Assembly (NCBI GenBank): GCA_049699855.1
Contig: JBNAWM010000002.1
Span: 1 to 21,709, forward strand
Direction: 5' to 3'
Length of the DNA stretch: 21,709 nucleotides
DNA from: Candidatus Cryosericum sp.
GTDB taxonomy: Bacteria > Caldisericota > Caldisericia > Cryosericales > Cryosericaceae
The notes under the pieces are model-generated. The model was not told where the DNA came from. It made no database searches and saw nothing but the letters and a program-made list of their open reading frames with translations. How positions within the stretch are numbered: position 1 is the first letter of the stretch; each line of letters starts with the position of its first letter. Below are positions 14,674 to 21,709 of the stretch, one piece after another. The translations under genes were made by a program, and so were the position numbers.

Positions 14674-17058
14674 CTACGGGGTATATGTTATCGTTATCGT
14701 CTGGGTTGCTGCATCCCATTGGACGTCCAGTGAGAGCGACTCCGCAACAAACCGGAGAGGAAGAAGTGTCCTCCCGTTCCGGATGATGGGCACGACGCCG
14801 GGATTGCTGTCGATACTGACCGACTGACCGTTCAAGGTCGCCATGTTCTTGCCGATCCACAACTCCAGCGTCGTTTCCTTCCGTACAATAGTGACTTTCT
14901 GTGCCGAAGGGTCCCAGGCGACGGTTCCTCCGACCGACTCCACCACTGCCCGTATGGGGAGAAGGGTGCGCGAATTCAGGATGATGGGAGCTGCCTCCAG
15001 AGAGGTGGGTTTCCCATCGACGTACAACATTGTGCCACCAACTACCAGTTGAACGGTACCTTTCGCAGAGGAGTCGGGTGCATAGCGGAACATACCGCCG
15101 CCAGCCGTTCCAGCGTAGAGGATGTCGGGAGACAACGGGTCGATCGCCAGAGAGACAACGTCCTGGTTGGTGAGTCCAGCGTTCAGAGCGGTCCAAGTGG
15201 CGCCGCTGTCGGTAGAGCAGTGAACGCCACCGGGTGCGGTTCCGGCATAGAGGGTCGTGGGCGTGACGGGGTTGATGCTGAGAGTATGGATGTTTCCATC
15301 GGCGAGTTCGGTCACGGTCCACGTGTCCCCACTGTCGGTCGAATGAAACAGCCCACCCCTCCTGCCGTCTGCTCCAATGCTGCCGTACCTGCTGACATAG
15401 ACGTTCTCGGGGGTGAGTGGATCAACGATAAGTGAAGACACCTGGTCGCCCGTCATGCCTGCGTTCACTGCTGTCCAGTGACCGCCGCTGTCCGTGGACC
15501 GAAAGGCACCGGCATTGCTGCCCACGTACAAGGTAGAGGGCGTGACGGGGTTGATGGCAAGGCAGGAGAACGCCATCCTCCACGTGGTCAGCCCCGTGTT
15601 CACCGGCGTCCATGTCGTGCCACTGTTCGTCGATCGATAGACGCAGCCGCTCGCAGTGCCGGCGTCTGTACCGACATATACGACACCGGAGGTATGAGGA
15701 TCGACGGCACAACACAGGACCCTCTTGTCCGTGAGACCTGTGGAGCAGTTCTTCCAGCTCGTCCCGCCATCGGTGGATCGGAAGATCCCGTCATCCGTGC
15801 CGACGTACAAGCTTGTGGGCGTGATGGGATCGACAGCGATGGTCAGGATGTTGCCATTAGTAAGACCAGTACTTGCTCCTGTCCAGGTCGCACCGCTGTT
15901 GGTGGAACGGAAGACGCCGACGTTCGTTCCGGCGTAGAGTGTCGCAGGTGTCCTGGGGTCAATCGCGACCTGCTGCACCTGTATACCGGTGAGACCGATG
16001 CTTGCCGCCTGCCAGGAGCCACCGCTGTTTGTGGTACGGAAGACGCCCCCGTTGGTGCCGACATACAGTTTTCCTGAAGTCTTTGGGTCAGGGACGAAGC
16101 AACTGCCTACTTGGCAGGCGAGCCCGGTGTTCACCGCTTTCCAGGAGCCACCGCTGTTGGTCGAACGGAAGACCCCAAGGGCGGTGGCAGCATAGACGGT
16201 ACTGGACGTGTGTGGGTCGACGACAACAGCGCGGACGGCTTTGCCTGTGAGGCCCGTATTTACCGGTGTCCAGACCGCTCCGCTGTTCACAGACCGGAGA
16301 ACGCCGTGCGTGCCGGTACCAGCATAGAGCGTGGAAGGGGTCATGGGGTCGATCGCAAGAGCAGACACATCCCCGCCCTGAAGTCCCTTGTTCACCGCCG
16401 TCCAGTGCACGCCGCTGTCGGTGGAACGGCAGACGCCACCTCCATTGGTGTTGGCGTATAGCGTGGCAGGCGTCCTGGGATTGATCACGAGAGAGAAAAT
16501 GTAGCTTGTGGCGATGCTCGACTTCAGCAGCGTCCAGTGGTCGCCACCATCCGTCGAACGGAAGACGCCGTTTCCACCCGCATACAGCGTAGAGGGGGTC
16601 TTCGGATTGATGGCAAGAGAGATGATACCCAGTTGACCTGCCGATTCAGGATTGGTAATGCCTGTGTTGATCGCGGTCCAAGTGTCACCACTGTTGACGG
16701 ACCGGAAAACGCCGTTACCGGTTCCTGCATATAGCGTGGAAGGAGTTATGGGGTTGACCGCCAGACAGGTCACACTGAGATTGGTGAGCCCCACGTTGAT
16801 GGCTCTCCAGGTGGTGCCGCTGTCGGTCGAACGGTAGATGCCGTTCCCGCCCGCGTACAGTGTGGAAGGAACCTTCGGATCGATGGCAAGGCACTGAATG
16901 TTGCTCCCATATAAGGGAAGCCAGGTCCAGGCGCTTGCGTCCACCGCGCGTGCAGCGGGGGCGTCGACCAGCACGCTCGAAACGCTCAGGGCCAGACACA
17001 AGATCAGGATCATCATAGTGGCAGTACGCACACTGCCTCGTACTTTCGTCATCCTCAT
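14674..17058 (-). CDS. Secreted Asp-box (BNR) double beta-propeller protein with C-terminal copper-amine-oxidase-like stalk domain
   Basis: Start re-set to ATG 17058, 6 nt after GAGGAG. It has a signal peptide, 14 repeats of AIDP.TPSTLYAG..GVFRSTDSG.TW (13 with a full S/T-x-D/N-x-G-x-x-W box), and C-terminal RTLLPIR/GRTLLPLR repeats. Confidence 0.88.
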   Translation of the reverse strand: MRMTKVRGSVRTATMMILILCLALSVSSVLVDAPAARAVDASAWTWLPLYGSNIQCLAIDPKVPSTLYAGGNGIYRSTDSGTTWRAINVGLTNLSVTCLAVNPITPSTLYAGTGNGVFRSVNSGDTWTAINTGITNPESAGQLGIISLAINPKTPSTLYAGGNGVFRSTDGGDHWTLLKSSIATSYIFSLVINPRTPATLYANTNGGGVCRSTDSGVHWTAVNKGLQGGDVSALAIDPMTPSTLYAGTGTHGVLRSVNSGAVWTPVNTGLTGKAVRAVVVDPHTSSTVYAATALGVFRSTNSGGSWKAVNTGLACQVGSCFVPDPKTSGKLYVGTNGGVFRTTNSGGSWQAASIGLTGIQVQQVAIDPRTPATLYAGTNVGVFRSTNSGATWTGASTGLTNGNILTIAVDPITPTSLYVGTDDGIFRSTDGGTSWKNCSTGLTDKRVLCCAVDPHTSGVVYVGTDAGTASGCVYRSTNSGTTWTPVNTGLTTWRMAFSCLAINPVTPSTLYVGSNAGAFRSTDSGGHWTAVNAGMTGDQVSSLIVDPLTPENVYVSRYGSIGADGRRGGLFHSTDSGDTWTVTELADGNIHTLSINPVTPTTLYAGTAPGGVHCSTDSGATWTALNAGLTNQDVVSLAIDPLSPDILYAGTAGGGMFRYAPDSSAKGTVQLVVGGTMLYVDGKPTSLEAAPIILNSRTLLPIRAVVESVGGTVAWDPSAQKVTIVRKETTLELWIGKNMATLNGQSVSIDSNPGVVPIIRNGRTLLPLRFVAESLSLDVQWDAATQTITITYTP

Positions 17059-17340
17059 GCCATGCTCCTCTCGTGAATCTTGATCCACAAATGGTGGATC
17101 CATGCCCGGTCACCGGGGGCGGTCATCGTGCCATATCGGCGTCTCTCAAGAACATAGAATACACTTCCTGCAATAAAGTGTAACGGGGGGGGCTTGTCAA
17201 CTTGTGGGCAGAGTAATGCCCAGACGCTTCCTGAACGAACTTGCTGTGATGTCGCGGCAGGCGTTGATATCATCTACTGCGCCGAAGTGACTGGACTCTG
17301 ACATATCTGACTGCAGACATTGCGTGTTCCCAGTCAACTC

Positions 17341-17368
17341 TTGACAGCCTTGCACATTGTACTATCGT
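17341..17368 (+). promoter_or_regulatory. Putative sigma70 promoter of the gntR-ABC operon
   Basis: TTGACA (17341-17346), 16-nt spacer, TATCGT (17363-17368). Confidence 0.6.
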
Positions 17369-17379
17369 AATAGTACAAT
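17356..17379. promoter_or_regulatory. YtrA-type GntR operator
   Basis: Perfect inverted repeat ATTGTACTAT-cgta-ATAGTACAAT overlapping the -10, directly upstream of a short GntR gene. It fits the TGTA...TACA pattern of YtrA-subfamily sites. Confidence 0.85.
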
Positions 17380-17390
17380 AAGGGGTGATG

Positions 17391-17783
17391 ATGGAATTCT
17401 ATGTGAACCCATATGACGGTGTGCCGGTGTACCTGCAGATCATTCAGCTGGTCCGGAATGGTGTGGCTCTGGGTACTTTGCACCCAGGTGATCAGCTGCC
17501 GACAGTACGCGAACTTGCTGTCAAGCTGGCTGTCAACCCGAATACGGTCGCCAAGGCATACAGGGACCTGGAGCGCGAGGGAATGGTCGAGACAGTCAGT
17601 GGCAAAGGGACATTTGTACGGGAAGGCAGGATCGGCGTGGAGACAGAACGCCTTGAACACATGCTGGAAATGCTGGTCGTCGAGGCTCGCAACGCCGGCC
17701 TCACGATCGATGACCTTATTGAGCGGTTGGAGAGGCGCAAGCAGGCTTCTGCGAAAGATCGTGATCAAGGAGGAAGTTCATGA
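17391..17783 (+). CDS. GntR family regulator, YtrA subfamily
   Basis: PVYLQI, LPTVRELA..L.VNPNTVAKAYRDLE, GKGTFV, and a short C-terminus. The start may be 17385, 17388 or 17391. Confidence 0.92.
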   Translation: MEFYVNPYDGVPVYLQIIQLVRNGVALGTLHPGDQLPTVRELAVKLAVNPNTVAKAYRDLEREGMVETVSGKGTFVREGRIGVETERLEHMLEMLVVEARNAGLTIDDLIERLERRKQASAKDRDQGGSS

Positions 17784-18661
17784 ATGCAATAGAAATGCGT
17801 GGCGTCAGCAAGTCGTATGGACAGGTGCAGGCGCTGCAGGACATGTGTCTGACGGTCCCGACGGGCAGCATCTTTGGTCTCATGGGGCCAAATGGCGCGG
17901 GCAAGACGACCAACATCAAGCTGATGCTTGGCCTGATGGAGCCTACGGCTGGTTCGCTGACAGTCCTCGGTGTCGTCCCGTCAGGAGATGGAACGGTCCT
18001 CCGGCGGCGCATCGGGTTTGTTCCCGAGGACTTCTCGCTCTATCCACAGATGACGGGCCACGAGATCCTGGATTTCAACGCGCGACTGTACAGCTGCTCC
18101 GTCGACGAGAGCGTGCGGAGGCTGCAGACGGTCTTCGAACTGCCGCTCGCACGCAAGATTGCTACGTATTCCAAGGGCATGCGCAAGCTGCTTGGGCTCT
18201 ATATTGCTCTCTCGACAGAACCGGAGTTGCTCATTCTCGACGAGCCCACCGATGGTCTGGACCCCGTAGTCCGGTCGCATTTCCTGGGCGTGCTGGCAGA
18301 CGAGACGTCCCGCCGCAACCTGACGGTGTTCTTCTCGTCGCACATACTAAGTGAGGTCGAAAAGATCTGCGATACGGTGGCGTTCATGCGCGCCGGTCAC
18401 ACGGTCCTTCAGGACGAAGTAGAATCTATCAAGGCACAGTACCGGGTCTACACGGTCCGGTTTGGCGCCGGGCATGGCCTGCGCGATGTCAAGGGCATCA
18501 CCATCCAGCGGGAGCGGGCTCTGGGCCAGGATACCTGGGACGTCGAAGTGCTCGCCGATCAGGAACAAGCCCGTACAGCGCTTACCGATGCTGGCGGAAC
18601 TGTGCTCAACGTACAATCGTTGCCATTCGACGAGATCTTCCTGCGATTTGTGGAGGCATGA
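17780..18661 (+). CDS. ABC-2 type exporter ATP-binding protein (YtrB-like)
   Basis: GPNGAGKT, YSKGM, ILDEPTDGLDP, SSH. ATGA overlap with gntR. Confidence 0.92.
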   Translation: MNAIEMRGVSKSYGQVQALQDMCLTVPTGSIFGLMGPNGAGKTTNIKLMLGLMEPTAGSLTVLGVVPSGDGTVLRRRIGFVPEDFSLYPQMTGHEILDFNARLYSCSVDESVRRLQTVFELPLARKIATYSKGMRKLLGLYIALSTEPELLILDEPTDGLDPVVRSHFLGVLADETSRRNLTVFFSSHILSEVEKICDTVAFMRAGHTVLQDEVESIKAQYRVYTVRFGAGHGLRDVKGITIQRERALGQDTWDVEVLADQEQARTALTDAGGTVLNVQSLPFDEIFLRFVEA

Positions 18662-18662
18662 C

Positions 18663-19427
18663 GTGAAAGCATTGATGTGGAAAGAGCTACGGGAAAACCG
18701 CCTGAAGATCGTCATAGGATGCGTGCTGTTGACCGTGATAGGACTGGCCGTCTCCATTGCGTATCGTTTCCTCGAGGGTGGCATTCCCGGAATGGGTCAG
18801 ATCCCGCCAGAGTATGCGGATCTGATCAAGAGACTGATGCCGGACTTCAGCGATGTGAATGCGTATCTTTATTCCCAGTGGTTCAGCAAGAACCTGCAGC
18901 AGGTTGGTGGTATCCTGGCAGTCATTCTGCTGAGCGGTGCGATTTCGGGAGAGCGGGAGCTGCACACAGCCATCTTCCTGTTCTCGCGGCCGGTCAGCCG
19001 AGGCATGATCCTGGCATCCAAGGTCATCGTCCTGTTTGCAGGGCTTGTGCTGGCGGTGCTGGTTTCAACGGGAGGGGCCGTCCTAGGTGCCGTCATTGTC
19101 GGAAAGGTGCCCCAGGCCGGATTTGTGCTGACCGCGACGCTGCACAGCCTCATCGCGCTGCTCACCTTTGCATCTCTTGCAACATTGCTCTCCGTGCTCG
19201 TGTCGGACCGTATGAAGGCGATGCTCTTCACGGGCGGCATCATTATCGTTCTTTCAGTCGCCGGCCAGTTCAAGCCTCTTCACTGGCTCAATCCACTGGC
19301 ACTGTTTGGGAGTTCCAACCTCATCCAGGACCCCGCACCACAGCTCGTGCCCCTTGCCGTCGGCCTGGTTCTGAGTGTCTGCATGTTATGGATCTCGTAC
19401 CGCGTGCTGGAGCGGCAGGAATTCTAA
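18663..19427 (+). CDS. ABC-2 type permease
   Basis: Start re-set to GTG 18663 after GGAGG (MKALMWKELRE). Motif ISGERE..T..FLFSRPVSR..IL.SK and about six hydrophobic helices. Confidence 0.88.
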   Translation: MKALMWKELRENRLKIVIGCVLLTVIGLAVSIAYRFLEGGIPGMGQIPPEYADLIKRLMPDFSDVNAYLYSQWFSKNLQQVGGILAVILLSGAISGERELHTAIFLFSRPVSRGMILASKVIVLFAGLVLAVLVSTGGAVLGAVIVGKVPQAGFVLTATLHSLIALLTFASLATLLSVLVSDRMKAMLFTGGIIIVLSVAGQFKPLHWLNPLALFGSSNLIQDPAPQLVPLAVGLVLSVCMLWISYRVLERQEF

Positions 19428-19452
19428 CGCGACTCCCGGTCACCTTCAGATT

Positions 19453-19480
19453 GCCCCGGTCATGTGTGCCGGGGCTTTTT
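19453..19480 (+). terminator. Rho-independent terminator of the gntR-ABC operon
   Basis: GCCCCGG (19453-19459)/CCGGGGC (19469-19475), followed by TTTTT. Confidence 0.8.
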
Positions 19481-19588
19481 CGGTTTCCGCTATACCTGCA
19501 GCCATTTTTGCCTACAATGAATCTGGAAATATGTGGTTGGTCATCGGTATCTGACCCGATTGCAAACAAACGGACAACGGAGGCACTC

Positions 19589-21649
19589 ATGGCAGAATCG
19601 AAGCGGGCGCTGCGTCCCATCTCGGCACAGGATCTTTATGCACTTCAACTTATCACCGACGTTCGGCTGTCGCCGGATGGAAAACACGCCGTCTATGGCG
19701 TTCAGCGCGTGGACAGGAAGACTGAGAAGAAATACGCGAACTTTTGGATGGCGGGTACGGATGGTTCCAGCGAGTTCCAGTTTACACAGGGAGAACAGAC
19801 GGATGCAATGCCACGCTGGTCGCCGGACGGAAGACAGATTGCATTCCTGTCGTCGCGCAAAGAGGGTGAGAGCGCGCAGGTATACATCATCAATGTGGAT
19901 GGTGGCGAAGCACGGCGCCTGACAGATGTCAAAGGCGAGATCTCCAACTTGGCTTGGTCTCCTGACGGGACGAAGCTTCTGTTGGAATTCACGAAGAAGG
20001 ACCAGGAAGCCGTTGACCGTGAGGCGGACGAGGCGAAGAAGAAGCTGGGAGTTGTCGCGCGTCACTATTCACGCCTGTTCTATCGGGGAGACGGTCAAGG
20101 CTGGTTTGGCCGTGAGCGGGCCCACCTGTGGACTGTGGACATCACGAAGGGCAAGATGAAACAGCTCACCTCGGGCGACGTGTACGACGAATACAATGCA
20201 TCATGGTCTCCGGATGGAAAGTCCATCGTCTTCTGCAGCAATCGCAGCGAAGATCCGGACCTTCAGCCCGACATGATTGACCTGTACGTCATCCCGGCGG
20301 TCGGGGGCGACATAAAACTCATCAAGACACCTGCAGGTGCCAAGGGCATGCCAGTATTCTCCCCCGACGGGTCACAGATTAGCTACGTCGGGCCACGTGA
20401 CCCCAATGAATGGTGGCAGAACATTGAACTCTGGGTTGTCCCTTCTGATGGCAGAGGAACTGCACGCAGTTTGACCAGGTCCTATGACATTTCTCTCACA
20501 TGCTCTACCCTTAACGACGTGGGGGCTGGATTCCAGATGCCTCCAGTCTGGTCAGCGGATGGGAAGGTCCTGTACTTCCAGATCTCGGAACATGGTAATA
20601 CGAAGCTCATGGCGATCGTGGTGGACAGCTCCGAGCTCTACACGGTCATCGATGTTCCGGGCAGTGTTGGATCATTTACCATGGACCGACGGCAGGAAAC
20701 GATGGCGTATTTCCTGGGAACAATGACTGATCCAGGTCAAGTGTGGGTCCGTGAAATGGAAACAGGTGCAACGCGCCAGCTAACTCATCTAAACAGGGCA
20801 CTGCTCCAAGAGATTGACCTTGGTCAAGTCGAAGAGGTGTGGTTCAAAGCGCGTGACGGGCACGATCTTCAGGGCTGGATCATGACGCCTCCAGGATTTG
20901 ATTCCAAGAAAAAGTATCCATCCATTCTGGAGATTCATGGTGGCCCGCAGGACCAATATGGCAACCTCTTCATGCACGAGTTCTACTTCCTGGCAGCGGC
21001 AGGGTATGTCGTCTATTTCAGCAATCCCCGGGGTGGAACGGGCTACGGTGAACAGCATGAAAAGGCCATCTGGGGACAATGGGGCACTGTCGACTACGAT
21101 GATCTCATGGATTGGGCGGATTTCGTCGAGAAGAAGCCATACATTGACCGCAAGCACATGGGTGTCACCGGAGGCAGTTATGGTGGCTACATGACCAACT
21201 GGATTATCGGTCATACGCATCGCTTTGCCGCGGCAGTGACGCAGAGAAGTGTCAGCAACTTCATCAGCATGTGGGGCACCAGTGACCTCAACTGGGTCTT
21301 CCAGTTTCCCTGTGGCAATAAATCACCGCAGGAGAGTATCGACGTACTTTGGGATAGGTCGCCAGTAAAGTATCTAGGCAATGCTGTGACGCCCACGATG
21401 GTCATTCATAGCGAAATGGATTTCCGCTGTGCCATCGAACAGGGGCAACAAGTCTTCACGGCCCTGAAGGTAAACCGGGTGCCCAGCGAGTTTGTAGTTT
21501 TTCCCGACGAGCCTCATGGACTCTCGCGCACTGGTCGCACGGATCGTCGCATCGAGCGGCTGAACAGCATCCGCAGGTGGATGGACAACTATCTGAAACC
21601 AGCCGGCACGAAGCAGGTCGCCCGAAGCAGAACCACAAAGGCTTCCTGA
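19589..21649 (+). CDS. S9 family (S9C, acylaminoacyl-peptidase-like) serine peptidase
   Basis: Start re-set to ATG 19589 after GGAGG. PD40-like WSPDG repeats, IHGGP, NPRGGTGYG, GGSYGG (Ser), HSEMD (Asp), EPHG (His). 686 aa. Confidence 0.93.
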   Translation: MAESKRALRPISAQDLYALQLITDVRLSPDGKHAVYGVQRVDRKTEKKYANFWMAGTDGSSEFQFTQGEQTDAMPRWSPDGRQIAFLSSRKEGESAQVYIINVDGGEARRLTDVKGEISNLAWSPDGTKLLLEFTKKDQEAVDREADEAKKKLGVVARHYSRLFYRGDGQGWFGRERAHLWTVDITKGKMKQLTSGDVYDEYNASWSPDGKSIVFCSNRSEDPDLQPDMIDLYVIPAVGGDIKLIKTPAGAKGMPVFSPDGSQISYVGPRDPNEWWQNIELWVVPSDGRGTARSLTRSYDISLTCSTLNDVGAGFQMPPVWSADGKVLYFQISEHGNTKLMAIVVDSSELYTVIDVPGSVGSFTMDRRQETMAYFLGTMTDPGQVWVREMETGATRQLTHLNRALLQEIDLGQVEEVWFKARDGHDLQGWIMTPPGFDSKKKYPSILEIHGGPQDQYGNLFMHEFYFLAAAGYVVYFSNPRGGTGYGEQHEKAIWGQWGTVDYDDLMDWADFVEKKPYIDRKHMGVTGGSYGGYMTNWIIGHTHRFAAAVTQRSVSNFISMWGTSDLNWVFQFPCGNKSPQESIDVLWDRSPVKYLGNAVTPTMVIHSEMDFRCAIEQGQQVFTALKVNRVPSEFVVFPDEPHGLSRTGRTDRRIERLNSIRRWMDNYLKPAGTKQVARSRTTKAS

Positions 21650-21668
21650 CACGAAACGATTGTTTTGG

Positions 21669-21695
21669 AGGCGCCCCGGGTGTTCCGGGGCGCCT
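21669..21695 (+). terminator. GC-rich hairpin after the peptidase gene (terminator-like)
   Basis: AGGCGCCCCGG (21669-21679)/CCGGGGCGCCT (21685-21695). The U-tract is weak. Confidence 0.6.
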
Positions 21696-21709
21696 ATGCA
21701 TGTGTCAAT

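Noticed and set aside
15100..16900. Periodic DNA repeats suggesting a CRISPR array or a diversity-generating retroelement template
   Set aside because: The repeats are degenerate, in-frame coding blades of the beta-propeller. There are no identical repeats with unique spacers, and no cas or reverse transcriptase gene.
17172..17200. Minus-strand TTGACA next to a G8 tract as a phase-variable promoter for the propeller gene
   Set aside because: The hexamer at canonical spacing (TTTATT) is a poor -10, and a single 8-nt run is too weak without read-level variation data.
18677..19588. Apparent 990-aa peptidase with a 304-aa N-terminal extension overlapping the permease
   Set aside because: The extension is an off-frame read of the permease, crosses a terminator and is not protein-like. 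A good RBS and ATG sit at 19589.

Overview
Bacterial chromosomal window (moderately GC-rich). Secreted proteins carrying a copper-amine-oxidase N-terminal 'stalk' domain suggest a Caldisericota/Cryosericum-like or Firmicute-like anaerobe; this is inference only. After the 3' end of a ferritin-like gene and its terminator comes a tightly packed 12-gene operon (419-12881). It encodes two FabH/KAS III-fold enzymes, an alpha/beta hydrolase, a double-domain TetR regulator, a LIV-type ABC importer whose binding protein is fused to a stalk domain, an SCP2/HDCF-type thiolase, an NAD-type SDR and a 4-hydroxybutyrate-type CoA transferase. The most striking signal is in the two FabH paralogues. Both keep the catalytic Cys but replace the decarboxylating His/Asn pair with Thr/Tyr, and both carry an Asp where HMG-CoA synthase has its catalytic Glu. 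The operon therefore looks like an uncharacterised uptake plus CoA-dependent catabolic system, possibly for hydroxy-acid esters or 3-hydroxybutyrate oligomers, rather than fatty-acid synthesis. Downstream are a metallophosphoesterase, an AT-richer hypothetical gene, a 14-blade Asp-box beta-propeller surface protein, a YtrA-type GntR/ABC exporter operon with a perfect operator, and an S9 peptidase. No rRNA, tRNA, CRISPR array or mobile element was recognised.
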